Shown: positions 9,611-19,184 of the stretch, piece after piece
How the letters are laid out: every line of letters starts with the position of its first letter
How positions within the stretch are numbered: the stretch's first letter is position 1
Assembly (NCBI GenBank): GCA_905213725.1
Contig: CAJMJM010000001.1
Span: forward strand, 577-64,576
Source: Collinsella aerofaciens
GTDB taxonomy: Bacteria; Actinomycetota; Coriobacteriia; Coriobacteriales; Coriobacteriaceae
Direction of reading: 5' to 3'
Length of the DNA stretch: 64,000 nucleotides
Notes under the pieces: generated by a model
The model's input: only the letters and a program-made list of their open reading frames with translations
What the model was told of the DNA's origin: nothing
Databases searched by the model: none
Program-made: the position numbers and the translations under genes

Positions 9611-10279
9611 GTGGCAAAGGGACAGCCCCTTTGTCACATAGAGAAAGGAATCGCGATGAGCGATCTGGAGAATAAGAAGAATCCTGTGGTCATTACCATC
9701 GCGCGCGACTTTGGCGCCGAGGGCCACGAGATTGGCCGCATGCTTGCCGACGAGTTGGGGATTCCGCTGTACGATAACGAGCTGCTGGTACGTGCGTCGC
9801 TGCGCGCGGGCGAGTCGCTCGATAAGATGGCCGCCTATGATGAGCGTCTGGCCGTGGAGAACATGGCGTTTCTGCCCGACCGCTACGATGCGCGTTCGTA
9901 ATCGGATAAGTTGTTCCAAAAGATGCGCCAGGTGATTTTGGATCTGGGAGAGACCGAGAGATGCAATATCGAAGGCCGACTGTCCGATTACCTGCTGCGC
10001 AACAACCCCAGCCACATTGCCGTGTTGGTGACCGCTCCCTTTGAGGACCGCGTCGAGATCGTGCGCAAGAAGCGTGGTCTTAACAAGAAGAAGGGCGCCA
10101 AGCTGGTCAAGCAGCAGCAGAAGGCGCGCGAGGCGTTCTACAAGCGCTACAGCGCCGGCAAGTGGAAGATGACGAGCGGTAAGGACATCGTCGTCAACCG
10201 CGCCAAGCTGGGCCGCGAAGGCTGCAAGGACGTCATCGCCGCTGCCTACCGCTACAAAGTGGCGCAGCTCGAAGACTAG
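9611..10279 (+). pseudogene. cytidylate kinase-like family protein interrupted by in-frame TAA at 9899-9901
   Basis: ORFs 9611-9901 and 9911-10279 are in the same frame (both 2 mod 3), separated only by TAA plus 3 codons; together about 221 aa, the normal size of this family. Confidence 0.55.
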
Positions 10280-10405
10280 CCGACCAAAACCACCGCAAGG
10301 GGGACAGGCACCTTTGCGGTGGTAGGGCGATCGGCATAGAAAAAGTCCCCGCCGGGCGTGTGCTCGACGGGGACTTTGCCGTTTGATGGCTAACGCTGTA
10401 GGTGA

Positions 10406-11815
10406 TTACTCGCCCAGCAGGCTCTTGGTGATGGAAGCGGCGGCCTTCTTGCCGGCGCCCATCGCCAGAATGACCGTAGCGGCACCGGTGACGATGTCGC
10501 CGCCGGCCCAGATGCGGGGATCGGTGGTCTGGCCGGTCTCCTCGTCGGCGACGATGTAGCCCCACTTGTTGAGCTCCATCTTGCCGCCGATCTTCTTTGC
10601 GAAGGGGTTGGCGTTGGTACCGATAGCCGAGATTGCGACGTCGCAGGGAATCTCCTCGATGGCGCCCTCGATGGGCACCGGGCGACGACGGCCGGACTCA
10701 TCGGGCTCGCCGAGCTCCATCTTCTGGACCTTGACGGCGCACACGGAGCCGTCCTCGCCAGCGACAAACTCGAGCGGGGAAACGAGCGGCAGAACCTCGA
10801 CGCCCTCGGCCTTAGCATGATGCAGCTCGGCGCGACGGCAGGGCATCTCGTCCTCGGTACGACGATAGGCGATGATGGCGTGCTCGGCGCCCAGGCGCTT
10901 GGCGGTACGGACGGCATCCATAGCCACGTTGCCGCCACCAAAGACGACGACGTTCTTGCCGTGCTTGGTGGGGGTGTCGTACTCGGGGAACTTGTTGGCC
11001 TTCATCAGGTTCACGCGGGTGAGGTACTCGTTTGCGAAGAAGACGTTGGGCAGGTTCTCGCCGGGGACGTTGAGGAACTTGGGCAGGCCAGCGCCGGTCG
11101 CAACGTAGATGGCGTCGAAGCCCTGCTCGAACAGCTCCTCGGCCGTGGCCATGTTGCCCACGACGGAGTTGTACTCAAACTTGACGCCCATGTCCTCCAA
11201 GCCGTCAATCTCGCGCTTGACGACTGCCTTGGGCAGACGGAACTCGGGGATGCCGTAGACCAGCACGCCGCCGCCGGTGAAGAATGCCTCGAAGACGGTG
11301 ACGTCAAAGCCGTTGCGGGCGAGCTCGCCGGCGCAGGTGATGCCGGACGGGCCGGAGCCGACGACGGCGACCTTCTTGCCGTTCTTGGGGGCCATCTTGG
11401 GCGTGGAGGCGAGCTCGGGGCGGTCACCCAGGAAGCGCTCGAGCTGGCCGATGGCCACGGGCTCGGACTTCTTGCCACGGATGCACTTGCCCTCGCACTG
11501 GTTCTCCTGCGGGCAGACGCGGCCGCAGATGGCGGGAAGCATGGAGTCCTCGCGGATGGTATCGAGAGCGCCGCCAAAGTCCTTCTCGCGGATCTGCTCG
11601 ATAAAGCGGGGGATGTTGATGTTGACGGGGCAGCCCTCAACACAGAACGGCTTCTTGCAGTTGAGGCAGCGCTCGGCCTCGGCCAGTGCCATCTCCTCGG
11701 TGAAGCCCTTGTCGACGGGGCGGAAGTCGCAGGCGCGCTCGGCAGCCGGCTCCTCGTTATCGGGGGTGCGGGGCGACTTCATATCGGCAACGAAACGACC
11801 GTTAACTAGTGGCAT
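10406..11815 (-). CDS. GltD-like FAD/NAD(P)-binding oxidoreductase large subunit (NfnB / SudA / glutamate synthase beta-like)
   Basis: 469-aa ORF; N-terminal 2x[4Fe-4S]-type Cys clusters (CLNCKKPFCVEGCP, CGRVCP...CEGKC), dinucleotide-binding VAVVGSGPSG and AGGD motifs. Confidence 0.85.
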   Translation of the reverse strand: MPLVNGRFVADMKSPRTPDNEEPAAERACDFRPVDKGFTEEMALAEAERCLNCKKPFCVEGCPVNINIPRFIEQIREKDFGGALDTIREDSMLPAICGRVCPQENQCEGKCIRGKKSEPVAIGQLERFLGDRPELASTPKMAPKNGKKVAVVGSGPSGITCAGELARNGFDVTVFEAFFTGGGVLVYGIPEFRLPKAVVKREIDGLEDMGVKFEYNSVVGNMATAEELFEQGFDAIYVATGAGLPKFLNVPGENLPNVFFANEYLTRVNLMKANKFPEYDTPTKHGKNVVVFGGGNVAMDAVRTAKRLGAEHAIIAYRRTEDEMPCRRAELHHAKAEGVEVLPLVSPLEFVAGEDGSVCAVKVQKMELGEPDESGRRRPVPIEGAIEEIPCDVAISAIGTNANPFAKKIGGKMELNKWGYIVADEETGQTTDPRIWAGGDIVTGAATVILAMGAGKKAAASITKSLLGE

Positions 11816-12637
11816 GCGCAGCTCTTTTCCTCATAGGCCTTGAGGGACTCGCCCTCTTCGGAACGGTAAGCGGCCTGGCGGGCACGAAGGTCATCCCAGT
11901 CGACCAGGGTGGCATCGAAGTCGGGGCCGTCGACGCAAGCGAACTTGGTCACGCCGCCCACCTCGACGCGGCAGCAGCCGCACATGCCGGTGCCGTCAAC
12001 CATGATGGGGTTGAGCGACGCGGTGATGGGGGTGTCGTACTTCTGGGCGGTGAGGGTCGAGAACTTCATCATCGGAACGGGGCCGACGCAGAAGACCTGG
12101 CTCACGGCCTTGTCCTGCAGCAGGCGCTCCAGCGGAGCGGTGACAACGCCCTGCTCGCCGTAGGAACCGTCATCGGTAGTGATGTGGATGTGGTCCTCGT
12201 CGAGGAGCTCGCGGAACTGGTCCTCCATGAGCAGGAGGTCCTTGGTGCGGGCGCCCATGATGGCGTGCACCTCGTGGCCGGTCTCGACCAGGTGCTTGGC
12301 GACCGGGAAGGCAATTGCCAGGCCGACGCCGCCGCCAATGACGGCGCAGGGGCCCTCAGCCATCTCGGTGGGACCGCCCAGCGGGCCCACGCCGTCGCGC
12401 AGCGGCCGCGTAGGTGGACAGCAGCTCGGTGGTCGTGCCGAGCACCATGAAGATGAACTCGACCCAGCCCTCGTCACCGTTCCAGCCGGCCAGGGTAAAC
12501 GGGACGCGCTCGCCCGTCTCGTTGGCGCGAACCATGAGGAACTGTCCAGCGTGCGCATGCTTGGCGATTGCAGGCGCCTCGATGCGGAACTTGAACACCT
12601 TCTCCGAGAACTGCGTCTTCTCCAGGATCTTATACAT
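11806..12637 (-). pseudogene. NfnA/SudB/PyrK-like FAD-[2Fe-2S] small subunit, frameshifted near 12395-12410
   Basis: True N-terminus MYKILEKTQF...FTLAGWN (ORF 12637-12356) ends in frame A; the conserved continuation LRDGVGPLGGPTEMAEGPCAVIGGGVGLA... and C-terminal CGCCRVEVGG [2Fe-2S] motif is in the adjacent frame (ORF ending at 11806); switch is within a GC-rich run GCGGCCGCTGCGCGAC. Confidence 0.55.
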
Positions 12638-12811
12638 AGAACCCCTCTCTTGTTAGGGCCGCCGAACCGTGCCTCCACGGAAATGGACGGTAGCCCGAAT
12701 AAAACCGTACGCGCACAGGCGTTGTGCAGACATACGGTGCAAATTATACCCTCATGGCAATGTCGCTTACGTGTATCTTTGGCGGTTAGGAGCAGGGTTT
12801 ATCCACTTCGG

Positions 12812-12852
12812 CCTACCAAATAGGGGCAGGTTTATTTTGGTCAGTTTTATCG
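12812..12852. repeat. AT-rich palindrome copy 2 (CCTACCAAATAGGGGCAGGTTTATTTTGGTCAG)
   Basis: Same element as 216-260; located about 170 nt upstream of the nfnA start. Confidence 0.45.
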
Positions 12853-12975
12853 GGTAAAACGGCAAAGGGGGCCGGCCTCGCGCTTCGTTGAGGCCGGCCC
12901 CCTTTGGGGCGTTATGCATGTATGGTGGCAACGCGTTTATTGCGATGTGCCGACTGCAGCGTTTGCGCAGATATA

Positions 12976-13015
12976 ACCCGCCAAAATAAGCCTGCCCTTT
13001 TTTGGTAGGTTTTAG
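12976..13015. repeat. AT-rich palindrome copy 3 (reverse orientation, overlaps pth stop)
   Basis: AACCCGCCAAAATAAGCCTGCCCTTTTTTGGTAGGTTTTA is the reverse complement of the 216-260 consensus. Confidence 0.45.
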
Positions 13016-13641
13016 TGCTTGCCGTTGGCGGAAGCGGCGCCGTTTACGTGATCGCGGGCGTAGATTACGCCGTGGACGATGGCCAAACCGGCGACATCTG
13101 CGGCGCGGGCGCAGGTGTCCTGGAAGTCCTCGGCCTCGCGGGCGCGCAGCTGCTTGAGCACATAGTCTGCTACGGCCATCTTGCCGGGAGGGTTGCCGAT
13201 GCCGGTGCGGATGCGACTAAAGTCGCGGCTGCCCATCTTGTCGATGATGGAGCGCAGGCCGTTGTGGCCGGCGTGGCCACCGCCCACCTTAACGCGTACG
13301 TCGCCGGCGGGAATGTCGAGCTCATCATGGATCACGAGCAGCTCCTCGGCCTTGATCTTGTACTCGCGGCAGAGCTTGGAGATGGGGCCACCCGAGGTAT
13401 TCATATATGACTGCGGCTTGACCAGCACGATCTGGCGCTTGCCGCCCTCTTCCTCGGGATCGTTGATGTTGATGAGCGCGACCTCGGCGCCTGCCTGGTT
13501 TTTCCAGTACGTGACACCGGCCTGACGGGCCAACTCGTCGATTGCTTTGAAGCCAGCGTTGTGGCGGGTCTCGGCATATTCCTCGCCAGGGTTGCCAAGT
13601 CCGGCAACCATGCGAATCTTGAGCGGCTGTGCAGCTGCCAT
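13012..13641 (-). CDS. pth: peptidyl-tRNA hydrolase
   Basis: GLGNPGEEYAETRHNAGF motif; 209 aa. Confidence 0.9.
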   Translation of the reverse strand: MAAAQPLKIRMVAGLGNPGEEYAETRHNAGFKAIDELARQAGVTYWKNQAGAEVALININDPEEEGGKRQIVLVKPQSYMNTSGGPISKLCREYKIKAEELLVIHDELDIPAGDVRVKVGGGHAGHNGLRSIIDKMGSRDFSRIRTGIGNPPGKMAVADYVLKQLRAREAEDFQDTCARAADVAGLAIVHGVIYARDHVNGAASANGKH

Positions 13642-13863
13642 GTTTGTCCTCCGTTACGTAAATAGTTCAGTCAACGACAAAGGCTACCACGCCCGCCGAA
13701 GGCGAGACTTCGTTTCAGCGAAATCCCACCAGACAACAGCATGGCCGCAGCAGAGCGAGCCGTCGGAACAGAAGAAGCCCCCGCGCGACCTTTGCGAGCA
13801 AGGGGGAGCGCGGGGGCTTCTTCTGTTCCGACGGCGAAGCGCCGGGTTGCAAGGACGATGCGA

Positions 13864-14850
13864 CTACAGCGCGAAGTCGCCGCCGACGAGCGTGGAGACA
13901 GGCTCCTCGTGGTAAACGGCGGAGATGGCCTGAGCGAACTCCTCGGCGACCGAGATGGTCTTGATCTTGCCGCCGACCTCGACGGGAATGGCGTCGGTGA
14001 CGAGGCACTCGACGATCGGGGCGTCGTTCAGACGTTCGATGGCCGGACCGGAGAAGATGCCGTGGGTGGCGCAGACGTAGATGTCGCCAGCGCCCATAGC
14101 CTTGAGCTCCTTGACGTTGGCGCACAGGGTGCCAGCGGTGTCGATCATGTCGTCGTTGATGATGCAGGTCTTGCCCTTGATGTCACCGATGATGCCCATG
14201 ACCTCGGCGGCGTTGTGGCGCGGACGGCCCTTGTGGGCGATGGCCAGGTCGCAGCCGAGCATGTCGGACAGCTTCTTGGCGGCCTTGGCACGACCCACGT
14301 CGGGGGAGACGACAACCAGGTTGTCGGTGTCGAAGTGCATGTTGTTGTAGTACTGGCCAAACAGCGGCAGCGCGGACAGGTGGTTAACCGGGATATCAAA
14401 GAAGCCCTGGATCTGGCCCTGGTGCAGGTCGAGGGTGATGATGCGGTTGACGCCGGCGCGCTCGAGCAGGTTGGCGACGAGGCGGGCGGTGATGGGCTCG
14501 CGCGGGCCGGCCTTGCGGTCCTGGCGGGCATAGCCGTAGTGGGTGATAACGGCGGTGATGGAGCGGGCGGATGCGCGCTTGGCAGCGTCGGTGGCGATGA
14601 GCAGCTCCATGAGCATGTCGTTAACGTTGCCGCCGGCCACGGACTGAATCAGGAAGACGTCGGCGCCGCGGACGGTCTCGTCGTAGCGGGCGTAAATCTC
14701 ACCATTGGCGAACTGCTTTAGCGTAAGGCCCGAAAGCTCGACCCCAAGGTACTCAGCAATCTTCTGAGCGAGGGGACGGTTGGAGGAACCGGAATACACG
14801 CGGATGGACTTGCGCATATTCTCCGACTTCTCGGGATCATTAATCGGCAT
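13864..14850 (-). CDS. prs: ribose-phosphate pyrophosphokinase
   Basis: PRPP synthetase motifs (DLHQGQIQGFF, VVVSPDVG); start may be the internal MRKSIRVYSG at 14817. Confidence 0.9.
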   Translation of the reverse strand: MPINDPEKSENMRKSIRVYSGSSNRPLAQKIAEYLGVELSGLTLKQFANGEIYARYDETVRGADVFLIQSVAGGNVNDMLMELLIATDAAKRASARSITAVITHYGYARQDRKAGPREPITARLVANLLERAGVNRIITLDLHQGQIQGFFDIPVNHLSALPLFGQYYNNMHFDTDNLVVVSPDVGRAKAAKKLSDMLGCDLAIAHKGRPRHNAAEVMGIIGDIKGKTCIINDDMIDTAGTLCANVKELKAMGAGDIYVCATHGIFSGPAIERLNDAPIVECLVTDAIPVEVGGKIKTISVAEEFAQAISAVYHEEPVSTLVGGDFAL

Positions 14851-15041
14851 TACCCTTCTCCTTTATATCGAATGCCATATAGATGCCTTGTTGCATTGTA
14901 ACCGCGCGGCGGGGTTTATCGAGTCTTGATAACGTCTTTACCGTCAACGGACACGAACCGACCACTCATCCGGCCACGCAGGTCAGCATAGAAAAAGGAG
15001 CCGTCCCCATGGGAACAGCTCCTTAGGTGCTTGGTAAAACG

Positions 15042-16454
15042 TTATACCTCGTCGTCCTCGTGCAGACGGCGGCGATAATCGGCGGCCCAGCCCTCAATAT
15101 TTACCTGACGGGCGCGGCCCAGACCGAGCGCGTCTGCCGGGACCGGCTCGGTGATGACAGAGCCGGCGGCCACGAGCGCGCCGTCGCCAATCTGGGCGGG
15201 CGCGACCATCATGGTGTCGGAGCCGATGAAGGCATCCTTGCCGATGACGGTCTTGTGCTTGCGCACGCCGTCGTAGTTGCAGGTGATGGAGCCCGCGCCC
15301 ACGTTGACGCCGGAGCCCATGGTGGTATCGCCGATGTAGGACAGGTGCGGCACCTTGGAGCCCTCGCCGATCGTGGACTTCTTGATCTCCACGTGCGTGC
15401 CGGCCTTGGAGCCGTCGAGCATGTGGGTGCCCGGGCGCAGGTAGGCGCGCGGGCCGCAGTCGACGCCGTTCTCGATGATGGCCTCGATGGCGATGGTCTC
15501 ATCGAGGGGGCAGCCGCTGCCGACGGGGGTGTCGGTGTGGCGGCGGTGGGGACCGAGCGGGCACTCCTCGCCCACGGTGCCGTGGCCGATCAGATGCGTC
15601 TGCGGCCACACGACGGTGTCGCGGCCGATAACGGCATCGGGGCCGATCCAGGCCTGCGTGGGGTCGATGAAAGTAACGCCCTCGGCCATCCAGTGCTCGT
15701 TGATGCGGTCGCGCGCAATGGCGGTAAGCTGTGCGAGCTGGATGCGGCTGTTGACGCCCAGGCCGTCGCGGTAGTCATCGCAGTGGAAGATGGAGACTGC
15801 CTGGCCGTGGCCCTTGAGGATCTCGAGCATGTCGGGCAGGTAGTACTCGGACTGCGCGTTGTCGTTGCCGATCTCGTCAATGTGGGCGGCGAGCTGCGCG
15901 CCGTCGAAGGCGTAGCAGCCGGCGTTGCACTCGAGCAGCGCGGCGGCCTGCTCGGGCGTGCAGTCCTTCTGCTCGATGATGCGCTCGATCTGACCATCGG
16001 CGCCCAGCTTGATGCGGCCGTAGCCGAAAGGATCGGGCGGGGTCATGGTCATGACGGTGCAGGCGAGCTCGTCGGTAGCGACGGTCTGCGCGAACTTGGC
16101 GACGGTGTCGGCGGTGATGAGCGGCAAGTCGCCGTTGAGCACGACGACGGGGCCTTGCGTGATGCCGCAGGCCTCGAGCGCGACCTTCACGGCGTGACCG
16201 GTGCCCAGGCGCTCGGTCTGCTCGACGCACTCGACCTTGGTGGCGCTGCTGGCGTAGGCGCCGTCGATTAGGGCGCGCATCTCGTCGGCGTGGCTGCCGA
16301 TGACGACCACGACGCGGCTGCAGCCGGCCTTGATGGTAGCGTCGACGATCCACTGGACCATGGGCTTGCCCAGGATCTTGTGCGAGACCTTGCAGTGGTT
16401 CGACTTCATGCGGGTGCCCTCGCCGGCAGCGAGGATAATTGCGGTTGCGTCCAT
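15042..16454 (-). CDS. glmU: bifunctional UDP-N-acetylglucosamine pyrophosphorylase / GlcN-1-P acetyltransferase
   Basis: Start placed at MDATAIILAAGEGTRM (ATG complement at 16452-16454); the 546-aa track ORF is an upstream extension; left-handed beta-helix hexapeptide repeats at the C-term. Confidence 0.9.
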   Translation of the reverse strand: MDATAIILAAGEGTRMKSNHCKVSHKILGKPMVQWIVDATIKAGCSRVVVVIGSHADEMRALIDGAYASSATKVECVEQTERLGTGHAVKVALEACGITQGPVVVLNGDLPLITADTVAKFAQTVATDELACTVMTMTPPDPFGYGRIKLGADGQIERIIEQKDCTPEQAAALLECNAGCYAFDGAQLAAHIDEIGNDNAQSEYYLPDMLEILKGHGQAVSIFHCDDYRDGLGVNSRIQLAQLTAIARDRINEHWMAEGVTFIDPTQAWIGPDAVIGRDTVVWPQTHLIGHGTVGEECPLGPHRRHTDTPVGSGCPLDETIAIEAIIENGVDCGPRAYLRPGTHMLDGSKAGTHVEIKKSTIGEGSKVPHLSYIGDTTMGSGVNVGAGSITCNYDGVRKHKTVIGKDAFIGSDTMMVAPAQIGDGALVAAGSVITEPVPADALGLGRARQVNIEGWAADYRRRLHEDDEV

Positions 16455-16704
16455 GTGATCTCCTGTTACGTTATAGAGACGTGTGTTTGGAAACGATACA
16501 CGGCGCAATATGATACCGCAGGCATATGATGAGCGCGTAACGATTGACACGCGACGGCCGATGCCGCTGCCGCCGGCGTGGTGTTTGCGCTGGTTGTGTA
16601 TGGCGGCGGCGGTATTGCGGAGCTGCCGTTTGAGCGAGGGGACGGGGGTGCCCGTGGACAACATACGAGAGGAGTTTGGCAACGATCCCGTCGCGGCATT
16701 TTCG

Positions 16705-17541
16705 ATGTCGCATCCGGCGGTGCCGGCGCTCTACATGGTACTGACGTTGGGGCTCACCATGTTCTCGATGCAACCGGTGCTGATCGCGCTGTCGCTTGCG
16801 GGCGGGTTGGCGTACGGGCTTGCGACGCGCGGTGTTGCGCGCACGTTGGGGGCGCTTCGCTGGCAGCTGCCGGTGATTTTGATCATCGCGGTGCTCAATC
16901 CGCTGTTTAGCGCCTCGGGCTCGACGGAGCTGTTTCGTATTGGCATGCGTGCGGTGTATCTAGAGAGCATGGTTTACGGTCTGTGCATGGGCGGGCTGTT
17001 TGTGGCGAGCGTGCTGTGGTTTGAGGCCGCGGCGTCGATGCTCGAATACGACAAGGTGCTCGCGCTGTTGGGCAACGCCGCGCCGGTGATCGCGCTCATG
17101 ATTTCGATGTGTATGCGGCTTATCCCACAGTTTTTGCGCCGCGGCCGCACGGTACTGGCGGTGCAGGATGCGATTGATGTACCGGGGCGTGCGCCCACCG
17201 ATCCCGTGCGATCGCGCCTGCGGGCGTCGAGCGTGCTGATGGGCTGGAGCATGGAAGATTCACTTGAGCGCGCGGATGCCATGCGCTCGCGCGGGTGGGG
17301 TGCTGCGTCGCGCCGTACGACGTACGCGCGGTATCGACTGGGGCGCAGCGACGTTGCCGCGCTGGTCGAGCTCGCGCTGTTTGGTGCCGCCGCGGTGGCA
17401 GTGGCATGGACCGCGACAACGCAGTATTCGTTTTACCCGCAGCTTTTGGTGCCCGCGCCGTGGCTGGGCTATGTCGTGTACGCTGCTTGGATGGTGCTGC
17501 CCTGCGTGCTGCAGGCGATCGATGAGAAGAGGTTCGGCTGA
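16705..17541 (+). CDS. ecfT: ECF transporter transmembrane (T) component
   Basis: Start chosen at MSHPAVPALYMVL (ATG 16705); multi-TM CbiQ/EcfT-like sequence; followed by ECF ATPase. Confidence 0.7.
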   Translation: MSHPAVPALYMVLTLGLTMFSMQPVLIALSLAGGLAYGLATRGVARTLGALRWQLPVILIIAVLNPLFSASGSTELFRIGMRAVYLESMVYGLCMGGLFVASVLWFEAAASMLEYDKVLALLGNAAPVIALMISMCMRLIPQFLRRGRTVLAVQDAIDVPGRAPTDPVRSRLRASSVLMGWSMEDSLERADAMRSRGWGAASRRTTYARYRLGRSDVAALVELALFGAAAVAVAWTATTQYSFYPQLLVPAPWLGYVVYAAWMVLPCVLQAIDEKRFG

Positions 17542-19184
17542 TGTCTCGGTTGGATAGGGGCCCGGTGTCGGGCGCGGCGTGCGGCCCGGATGTGCCGGCA
17601 ATTGAGGTGCGGAGCCTGAGCTTTGCCTACCCCGGGGCTGATGCTACGGTGCTCGAGGGGCTCGACTGGTCTGTTCCCCAAGGTGCATTTGCGCTGCTTG
17701 TTGGCGGTACCGGATCGGGTAAGTCGACGCTGCTGTCGCTGCTCAAGCCCGAGATCGCTCCGGCGGGCGAGCGCGCTGGCGAAGTGCGCGTGCTGGGCGA
17801 GAACGTTGCCGACATGGACGTGCGCGCGTCTGCGGAGCGCGTGGGCTACGTGTTCCAGGATCCCGAGAACCAGATTGTGTGCGAGACCGTGTGGCACGAG
17901 ATGGCGTTTGGCCTAGAGAATCTGGGTGTGTCGCGCGACGAGATGCGCCGCCGTGTTGCCGAGACCAGCTATTTCTTTGGTCTGGAGGACTGGCTTCATC
18001 GCGATACCGATACGCTTTCGGGCGGCCGCAAGCAGCTGCTGTCGCTTGCCGCCGTCCTGGCGCTGCGTCCGCGTGTGCTGCTACTCGACGAGCCCACGTC
18101 TCAGCTTGATCCCGTTGCCGAGAAGAATTTTCTGCACGCGCTGTTTCGCGTGAACCGTGAGCTGGGCTGCACGGTTGTTGTAGCCACGCATCAACCGCGG
18201 CCGATGCTCGAGTATGCGACGTGTGCGTACCGGATTGAGAGCGGTCGCGTGCGCGAGGTGGCGGATATGGCTTCTTTGGGACGCCGAGAATCGCTGTTTT
18301 CCGACGACATGTTGGGGTGGGGTGCCATCCGATGTGCAAAAAACGGAGTATTCAGCAGGCGTGAGGACAATTTGGGCTCTCTGGAGCCGCCCGGGGACGT
18401 ATCGAGCGCGAAAAAAAGTTCGGAATTGGACAAATCGTCCGAATTTGTGGCGCAAACGTCGCTCGAGAACGGCTCGGAAGCCTTTCCGCGCACGGATGGA
18501 AGCAGAATACTCCAAAAAATGCACGGCGGGTCGGCTACCACCCTGTCGGAAGGCTGGTTTCGCTACGATCGCGCGAGCGGTTGGGTGCTGCGCGGGCTCG
18601 ATGTGACGTTTTCAGCCGGCGCGGTGCATGCGGTCGTGGGCGGAAACGGCTGTGGCAAGTCGACGATGCTCTCGGTGCTGGCCAAGACGGCTAAGCTGCA
18701 GCGTGGCCGCATGGTGCGTGGGACGGCCTCGGCGGCACTGCTGCCACAGAATCCCAAGGCATTGCTGGTCGCCGAAACGGTGCGCGACGAGCTGATGGAA
18801 TGGGCTTCGACCTGCGGATATGACGAGAACTTGGCGCGGGAGCGTGCGGCGCAACTGGGACTGGACGGCTTGGAGGCGCGTCACCCGTACGATCTTTCGG
18901 GCGGTCAGCGCCAGCTGCTTGCGTTGGCAAAGCTGCTGTTGATTGGTCCGGAGCTGCTGCTGCTTGATGAGCCCACCAAGGGCCTTGATCTGGCAAGTCG
19001 CTGCATTATCGCCCGAGCCCTGCGCGAGCATGCGCAGGCCGGCGGCACCGTCATCATGGCCACGCACGACTTGGACTTTGCCGAGCAGGTGTCCGACGAC
19101 GTCGCCATGATGTTCGACGGCGAGATCGCCTGCATGGAGCCTCCGGCAGATTTCTTTGCCGACAACGTGTTCTACAGGGCGTGA
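17541..19184 (+). CDS. ecfA: ECF transporter duplicated ATPase (fused EcfA1-EcfA2)
   Basis: 547 aa with two complete ABC cassettes (GGTGSGKST...LSGGRKQ...LLLDEPT and GGNGCGKST...LSGGQRQ...LLLDEPT); start overlaps ecfT stop (ATGA). Confidence 0.85.
   Translation: MSRLDRGPVSGAACGPDVPAIEVRSLSFAYPGADATVLEGLDWSVPQGAFALLVGGTGSGKSTLLSLLKPEIAPAGERAGEVRVLGENVADMDVRASAERVGYVFQDPENQIVCETVWHEMAFGLENLGVSRDEMRRRVAETSYFFGLEDWLHRDTDTLSGGRKQLLSLAAVLALRPRVLLLDEPTSQLDPVAEKNFLHALFRVNRELGCTVVVATHQPRPMLEYATCAYRIESGRVREVADMASLGRRESLFSDDMLGWGAIRCAKNGVFSRREDNLGSLEPPGDVSSAKKSSELDKSSEFVAQTSLENGSEAFPRTDGSRILQKMHGGSATTLSEGWFRYDRASGWVLRGLDVTFSAGAVHAVVGGNGCGKSTMLSVLAKTAKLQRGRMVRGTASAALLPQNPKALLVAETVRDELMEWASTCGYDENLARERAAQLGLDGLEARHPYDLSGGQRQLLALAKLLLIGPELLLLDEPTKGLDLASRCIIARALREHAQAGGTVIMATHDLDFAEQVSDDVAMMFDGEIACMEPPADFFADNVFYRA

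Noticed and set aside
15042-16682. 546-aa extended glmU ORF; also 383-aa extended coaX ORF (24830-25981) and 61-75-aa upstream extensions of ecfT, folP, cobB, the HK and several transporter genes
   Set aside because: The extensions precede conserved protein N-termini and lack RBS. The coaX extension runs antisense straight through the tRNA-fMet gene. Starts were moved to the internal ATG matching family N-termini.
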